From a virus, in the IMG/VR virus record IMGVR_UViG_3300042465_009257, positions 64,001 through 128,000 of that record: a stretch of 64,000 nt of DNA; one strand, given 5' to 3'. Under the pieces are notes generated by a model. The model had not been told where the DNA came from, ran no database searches, and was given only the letters and a program-made list of their open reading frames with translations. Both the position numbers and the translations under genes were made by a program. Of the stretch, positions 57,564-64,000 are shown in pieces. Positions within the stretch are counted from its first letter, which is position 1. Each line of letters opens with the position of its first letter.

Positions 57564-60500
57564 TTAAATCTCAGTCTGTAGTTTATCAACGTCTTTGCGC
57601 TCCCCGAAAATTACGTAATTGTAAAAACCATCAACATTGCCCACCTCGACGCTCTCGGAATTCTGAGACGCGACGAATAGCTGCTGGGGCTTGCCGATTT
57701 GCGTGAGGGTGACGGTGACGGAATCTTCGTCTACTAATTCGCGCCAATACTCCGGCAAAAGAATAATGGATTCATTTGTTTTGCCGCGAATGTAAACGCC
57801 GTTTTCTGGACCTTCCAAACAGGCGTATTGGAGTTGTTTGGCGGCTTTGGTGGGATGCGGGATTAGGAATGATTTAGTCGCGGCGGAAAAGTGGCCGGAG
57901 ACTTTGGCATTGCCGACAACGTCGAGTTTTTCTGTGGGAAGGGCTATCCCAATACCAATATTTCCTGTTCTTAATATAGTTAAAGATGGAGTAGCATTCC
58001 ATGATCCTAATTTAGAATCAATATTAAAACTGCCGTTAAGATCAAGTCTAAATGCGCAGTATATATTGCTTGTGCCTGCTTGGCCAAGCATTACAGAACT
58101 ATCAGTCGATCCAATAGTACTGGTTAAAGGGCTTTGTACATTTAGTCTTGCGCCTGGAGCATTTGTTCCAATACCAACATCCCCAGTACTAGTAACCGTC
58201 ATTCGAGTCGTACCGTCCGTCTGAAACTCCATCGCACGAGCCGCGCCGCCGACGCTCCCCTTCTCAGTCCCGATCTTCAGAACATTAGTGTCCCATTTCA
58301 GATTTAAGCGCTCAAATGTCGTCGCGTCTGTGTAGGTGTTATAGAGTCTGAAGGTTTGAGCGTTGGCAAGATTACGTTGAGCTAGGATTCCTGCTCCTTC
58401 TCTGGAAAGGACAATATCTTGAGCTACTAATCCCCAGCTTAAAGTACATCCCGTCATTTCATATTGTAGCCCCGAATAAGCAGTTGTATCATTTAAACTG
58501 CTTACTCCGCTCATAGCGAATTGTATTTTATAACTACTAGGGCTATATACACCTACTGCATAGCTACCAGACAATGGGAATGCTAAAGCAGGACTATTAG
58601 AAGCTCCTGATGCTCCTCCAATGTAACTTCCGTATTTTGTAACTTTAGCTTTACTTACTCCACCAACTTGGAAATCTAAAAGATTACTACCAACATTCGA
58701 TGCCGTATCAGTCACATTAAGCTTTACCGCTGTAAATAATTGCTGCACAGTTCCTCCAGAAACCCAGGCTGCCGTAGTTGTATTCGCGTAAGAAACCGAA
58801 GTTAAACTCGAAGCCGTTACAATGAAAGTTCCATTATATCCAGAAGGATTAATACCCGTGACAACAATCGTAGATCCAACTGGAATTACAGCAGTTTGCG
58901 TAGCGAAAGTAATTGTTGCAATTGTGCCCGTGCCACTCGCTCCAGTAATAGCCACGCTATTATTATTCCATGTTTCTGCTATATCTAGTTTAGCAAATGG
59001 CGCGGCAGTTCCGATGCCGACATTACCAATTGCGGTAGTGCCATCATGAGCCAGAATTACATCTCCGTCTTTCGGACTAGTATTGGCCGCAACAGCTTTG
59101 CCGCCATAAACAAAAATTTTACCGCCAAAATTAAGACCACCTGTTGCTGCACTATTAGCGTCACCAGCCTTAAGTTTTAGCATTTCTCCAGGATGACCAG
59201 TTGACGCAGTTTCATTGATTTGGATAAATCTAGAACCTGTACCATTAGTTCCTGTTGTACTAAATTGGATTCCCGTATTGGTATAGTTGCCACCCTGATC
59301 ACCGGGGTTTTGAACTAGATTTCCTGATGAATCTAGTTGCCACATTCTTCTCAAAACTCCAGCAGAATCTGAGATAAAGAAGTTTAAAGAATTAAATCCT
59401 GCGGGGCGATACGCAGATCCTTCAATTTTAGCTGACTCGTAATTCCCTTGGCTATTATTAGAATGAAAACTAATTGATGGTAATACATAAACTGCTCCTG
59501 CATCGTAACCTTCGATTTTGATTGTAGGGGATACGCCGCCGCGCAAATGAAGAAGAGTGGAAGGAGTCGTGGTTCCAATACCAACATTCCCTGCGCTTGG
59601 ATTAAGAAGAACTTTCCCATTATCACCATTGAAAATTTGAATCTTAGATAATTGATCTGATGATCCTAAAGAGTTATAAACTGTAAAGTTAATTGCAGGA
59701 TTTGTCGTATCCCCTGATGGAAACCAGTTTGAAGTTAACTTTAACTGATTATATGTAGCCCCTGCAATACTACTACTTGTAATAGTTTTTACATGTAACC
59801 CAACTCCATCAAATGAGAATAAAGTATTACCTGTATTTCCAGAATCTATAACACTAAATCCTCCTCCACCAAGTTGTAATGTTGTTCCAAAAACCCCTTG
59901 TACGAAAGCCTCTATAGATGTATTATACGGCTTAAAGCTTATACGAGAATTATTTGATGTATCACCAAAACTTCCAATAATAACGCCCGTACCGCCAGAC
60001 TTTTTAACATCAAGAAGATATGAAGGAGCATTCGTACCAATACCAACATTCCCCGTACTTAATACCCTTAATCTTTCCGTCGCATCAGTTTCTAAAACAA
60101 GATCTCTCGCCGCGCCGCCGACACTGCCTTTTTCAGTCCCGATCTTCAGAACATTCGTGTCCCATTTTAGGTTTAGTCTCTCGAAGGCAGTGGCATCTGT
60201 ATATGTATTATAAAGTCGGAAGGTTTGAGCGTTTAATCCGTTTCGTTGGGCTAGGGTCCCTGTCGCATCTCTAAAAAGTGCTAAATCTCCATTACCATTT
60301 GCGGCATAACTTAAAGAGGACCATGAAAAACTTCCATTATTAGCTAATTGGACTAGTCCAAGAAGACTTTCCCAAAATGCAATTTTAGATGTATTTGGAG
60401 TTAAAACATTAGCTTTGCTTCCAATTTCAATCCATCCGCTTGGAGCAGCACCTTTTATGGCGAAAGCATCGTCTAAAATAATTGCATTTGCTCCAAGATT

Positions 60501-62416
60501 TGCATATGTAGAATCATCCGCCAGTCTAATATCTAGCCCCGCGCCGTTGCGTTTAATCGCGGGGAATGAGGAAGTAATTCCTCCTATACAAAGAGAATTA
60601 GCTACGTTTGGACTTGCGCGAAGTAATAATTGCGCTCCAGAAGCAGGATCAGAATTTGAGTTTGAAAAATGAATAGGAGCATCTCTTAATGTGAAATAAC
60701 CCCCATTTGCTAAAACACTACTTCCTACATAAAGATTCCTTGGTCTAGTCGCCCCACTTGCGCCAATATCATAGATATTGTCAGTATTAGCTAGTAAATA
60801 CCCAGCATTAGATATTTTCCATTTTACTGCTGTTCCAGTTTTAAAACGGATTTCTTGGGATGTATTATCGCCGTAGATTCCAGTCCCACTGCCCGATTCT
60901 GCCGTTAACGAGCCAAAGGAAAATGAGCCTACATTAATAGTTGAGTTTGTCGCTACGCTACGTGCGAATAAGTTTCCTGAACCGTCAATATAGGTTTCAT
61001 TTGGACTACTCGCCCAGCCCCATGACTGTAATTTGGCGGCTTGACCTCCACTTTGCCCCAAAACGGTAATAGCCTGCGTATTTGTATCAGGGGTACTAAT
61101 TGTAATAGTTGGGGTAATGACACTTGTCCCAAAATAGCCAGTCCTCGGCCTAGTCGCCCCACTTGCGCCGATGTCCTTGGTGTTATCCGTCCCAGTCAAC
61201 AAGTGACCGGCACTAAAGGTCCAGTCTACTCCTGCATTTGCTAAAGAGCCAAATCCCACAACTGATGATCCGCCAGTAATATTGATGGGTCTCGCAATTC
61301 CTGTTCCTGACCATTCTCTGCCAATCACAAAAGTGCCAGCAGACCAGCCATTGAAATCCGCTCGTAATCAACTCCTGAGTTAGTATATGTATTATAAATT
61401 CTAAAAGTCTGAGCAACTCCTGCATTACGTAATGCTAGACTATTTGCAGCATCACGCTGTAAGTAAACATCAGGATTCGGCGTACTTGCTCCCATAGCAA
61501 GGTGACCTACCGTTACTAGTCCATTTGTACTAGTCTGAAAGATGCGATTTGTGCCATCTATAATAGAGAAACTGCGACTGCCTCCACCAGCAGGAACTTT
61601 AAAAGAAAAGTCATTATACTACCCTCCAATTGTAATATTACGATCACTATCAATAGTTAAAGCTGCTAATAAAGCATTCTGAGCAGAGCCTGAGCTTCCT
61701 GCGGGGGCGACTTGAAAGATTACAGATCCACCCGCCCCAGTCCCCGTTCCTTGGGACCCGGCGATGGTTAAGTTTGTTCCAGCGGTATTAGTTGTTCCCG
61801 CTATTACGGATTGAACGGATATAGTTTGAGCTATTGGGGCGGCGACATCTGTGTTTCCTAATCTAATGTTGGCGGCAGCGCGGCGAGTGAGAAATAAATC
61901 ATAACTACCACCATCGGCAAAAGATCCAGTAGACCACTGTAGGGCCAAAGAGTTTCCTAGAAATAATCCTGCAAATTGACCATTATAAAGACCCGCTCCA
62001 GCATAAGCTTGCGTTGGCACGTCGCCACGAGCAAAAATAACTAATTGACCAGTACCACTATTAATAACTGATCTTTGATTAGGGGTATTTGATGGACCGA
62101 AATCCATAGCCCCTGTCTTAGTAATTTTAAATCTACTAATTGCATTAAGCTGCAAATCTAAAAGATTACTAGACGGACTAGAAAATACATCATTGACATT
62201 CAGCTTTATAGCCGAAGGAATCCCACTGGTATTCCAAGTCGTCGCCAGATCCAGCAGCGAATTCGCCGCCGTCCCAGTGATAGACTGCCCCGTTAATACC
62301 AGTGATGAAAAACCCGCGCTACCAGAAGACCCAAGGCCAATCGAAGAGCGTATTTGCGCTTGCTGCTGAGGGGTCGGCGGGGTGCCTTTCGGCATGTCTC
62401 CAAGGTCAATTGCCAT
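57564..62416 (-). pseudogene. long tail fibre gene (~1617 aa if intact) interrupted by TAG at 61619-61621 and a 1-nt deletion near 61348
   Basis: The frame of 61619-62416 continues past TAG with fibre motifs (LQRDAANSLALRNAGVAQTFRIYNTYT...DYERISM) and joins the 57564-61328 frame (WSAGTFVIG); C-terminus KSFLIPHP...LEGPE...GERKD is chaperone-like. Confidence 0.75.
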
Positions 62417-62432
62417 AATTAGTTAGTACTAA

Positions 62433-62459
62433 TTACAAATATTGAAGGGAAAATGGAAA
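62433..62459 (-). promoter_or_regulatory. class II promoter TTTCC-N17-TGTAA
   Basis: 16 nt before ATG 62416. Confidence 0.78.
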
Positions 62460-62498
62460 TTTTAATTTCTAATATTATTAGCTCCCTATTTACATATA

Positions 62499-64000
62499 TT
62501 AAAAGATTAATGTCCTATAAGCTTTCGTTCCAGTGTGCTGCATCAGGTATAGATAAGGAACCCCATCTACAGATTTAACGATTTCCATCCTATTCCCAAC
62601 TGTCGCGGTTGAGTGCAAGTCCGTAAGCTGGAAAGCGGCCCTTTGTTCTTCAGTTACAACATTGAGAGAAAACACCCTGCCCGTCCCGTCCTTATGCAAG
62701 TAAATGGTATCAACTCCGTCATAAGCATACATTGAGCCGGTAGTATAAGTCTCTTGCTGAGGGGAGAAGAACGATCCATAATTCCAAGTTCCGGTTGTGA
62801 GATCGTAAATGTCAAACATATTCGAAACACCGCCCCTTGGAGCGAACATATACTTGCCCTTGGTCGCAGTATCCGAAGTTCCCCACAGCCAGAGCAACTG
62901 AATGCCTGCGCCGCGTTGAGGAATTCCAAGAATTGCATATGTAGAAGTTATGTCAGGAGCAGTCATTGCGCCAGTCGTCAAAACGGTTGACGTATTTGAT
63001 GCAATTGTAACTTCTTGACCCAATCCGGTTCCAGCCGTTACGCGAAGACGTTTACCGCCAAACGCATTTACAGCCCAGTTCTTTGTTCCCGTTTCTGTAA
63101 CAGAGCTTGCGCTACCGGCAGTCATGAGACCCCATGTATCAGCAATCTCATAGAATGTTGCAGCGGTTGGAGTAAATGTCTGCGTAGCATAAGTCAAAGT
63201 ATTAGCAGTGTTCGAGATAATAGCAATAATACCAAAACCAAGTCCTGGACCAGCCTCAATCCTAATTTTATATCCAGCCCATTGATTGATAAACCAATTT
63301 TTGGTTGAATCTACAAGAGTTGCAGTTGTGCCGCCAGTTGCAAATCCGTCACGGCCTTTATCAGCTTGTTTGTATTGCTCATCAACACCAAATACTTTGG
63401 AATCTTCAATAACGTATTTTGAAGTTCCGTTAATACCAGCAACAATTGGTGCGACTACAAGGGAGCTTGCGGTGTTGGATATAATCCACCTTTTTTGAGC
63501 GGTGCCGCCAGTGCCAGCAGTAATAAGACTTACAATTCTTCCTGCGTGCTCGTTTATAGTCCAGTTCTTTGAGCTATCAACAATTAGGGTTGTTGTCTGC
63601 GTAAGAGACGGAGCCATATTCGCAGCAGCCGAAGTGGTAATGTCAAAAGACGTAATACCATTTGCGCATAATACAGTTGTCGATACATTATAAGGAGTTT
63701 CCGTACAGCCAGAAATGGTAATGTTATCGCCTTTTTCGAGGAAATGGCTTGTTGCTGTAACTACTTTACAAACAACTCCAACGGAGGTGATTGAAATAGT
63801 GCAACCAGTTCCAGTGCCGCCAGTTGTTGCTTGCCCAGTTGCAACGGTATAACCCGTGGTTACGCCAGCATTTTGCAATTCAATAGCCGTGACAACACCG
63901 CCAGTTGTAATGCCTGTAACAATTACTTGCGCTCCAGTTCCGCCAACAGAACAGGTCAATACATCACCAAGGGAATAGTTTGTTCCGCCAGCAGTTGGTG
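62499..64000 (-). CDS. virion fibre/baseplate-like protein, C-terminal part; starts beyond the right edge
   Basis: Three repeats D/ET.KNW..N...G...RI.AG.G.G...I.SNT; propeller-like C-terminus. Confidence 0.65.
   Translation of the reverse strand, partial: PTAGGTNYSLGDVLTCSVGGTGAQVIVTGITTGGVVTAIELQNAGVTTGYTVATGQATTGGTGTGCTISITSVGVVCKVVTATSHFLEKGDNITISGCTETPYNVSTTVLCANGITSFDITTSAAANMAPSLTQTTTLIVDSSKNWTINEHAGRIVSLITAGTGGTAQKRWIISNTASSLVVAPIVAGINGTSKYVIEDSKVFGVDEQYKQADKGRDGFATGGTTATLVDSTKNWFINQWAGYKIRIEAGPGLGFGIIAIISNTANTLTYATQTFTPTAATFYEIADTWGLMTAGSASSVTETGTKNWAVNAFGGKRLRVTAGTGLGQEVTIASNTSTVLTTGAMTAPDITSTYAILGIPQRGAGIQLLWLWGTSDTATKGKYMFAPRGGVSNMFDIYDLTTGTWNYGSFFSPQQETYTTGSMYAYDGVDTIYLHKDGTGRVFSLNVVTEEQRAAFQLTDLHSTATVGNRMEIVKSVDGVPYLYLMQHTGTKAYRTLIF

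Noticed and set aside
61619-61621. Genome-wide TAG reassignment as the explanation for the in-frame amber codon
   Set aside because: TAG ends complete genes elsewhere (nrdA after CSSCEA at 18433, 3605, 8620), the other long ORFs are intact in the standard code, and no suppressor tRNA was seen
53931-62416. Diversity-generating retroelement or invertase shufflon acting on the fibres
   Set aside because: No reverse transcriptase or site-specific recombinase in the window, repeat differences do not look adenine-specific, and all repeats are direct
220-63693. Many short + strand and nested ORFs in the track (for example 220-549, 12207-12713, 24939-25382, 57838-58224)
   Set aside because: They are antisense or out-of-frame shadows of well-supported genes, with no motifs or promoters

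Overview
A 64-kb, AT-rich segment of a large tailed dsDNA phage genome, with almost all genes on the minus strand. The left part (1-28.9 kb) is a replication, recombination and nucleotide-metabolism region. It encodes DnaE-type Pol III alpha (running off the left edge), an epsilon-like exonuclease, a Cas4-like nuclease, a metallophosphoesterase, a short C5 methyltransferase, primase, DnaB helicase, an RNAP alpha-CTD-like protein, two Vsr-like nucleases, RecA, ThyX, MazG, a class Id-type ribonucleotide reductase, ClpP, a glycosyltransferase, dNMP kinase, a thermonuclease and one atypical tRNA-Tyr. The right part (28.9-64 kb) is a tail region with putative tail-tip proteins, tape measure, chaperones, tail tube, tailspike, three LamG proteins and modular fibres. 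Main unexplained signals: (i) two antisense cassettes, each a ~51-aa ribbon-helix-helix (RHH) gene missed by the ORF track coupled to a GIY-YIG nuclease, sharing a promoter and a TTAC-N7-GTAA palindrome; one cassette appears to have split the dNMP kinase gene and supplied a replacement 5' end; (ii) a conserved bipartite promoter TTTCC-N17-TGTAA before tail genes, distinct from near-leaderless sigma70-type promoters on the left; (iii) a stand-alone minimal family-A polymerase-like gene with a G-tract; (iv) a D-armless tRNA-Tyr; (v) fibre-module proteins with Sec signal peptides; (vi) a ~1617-aa fibre gene broken by an amber codon and a frameshift. All calls come from reading the sequence and recognising motifs; no searches were run.
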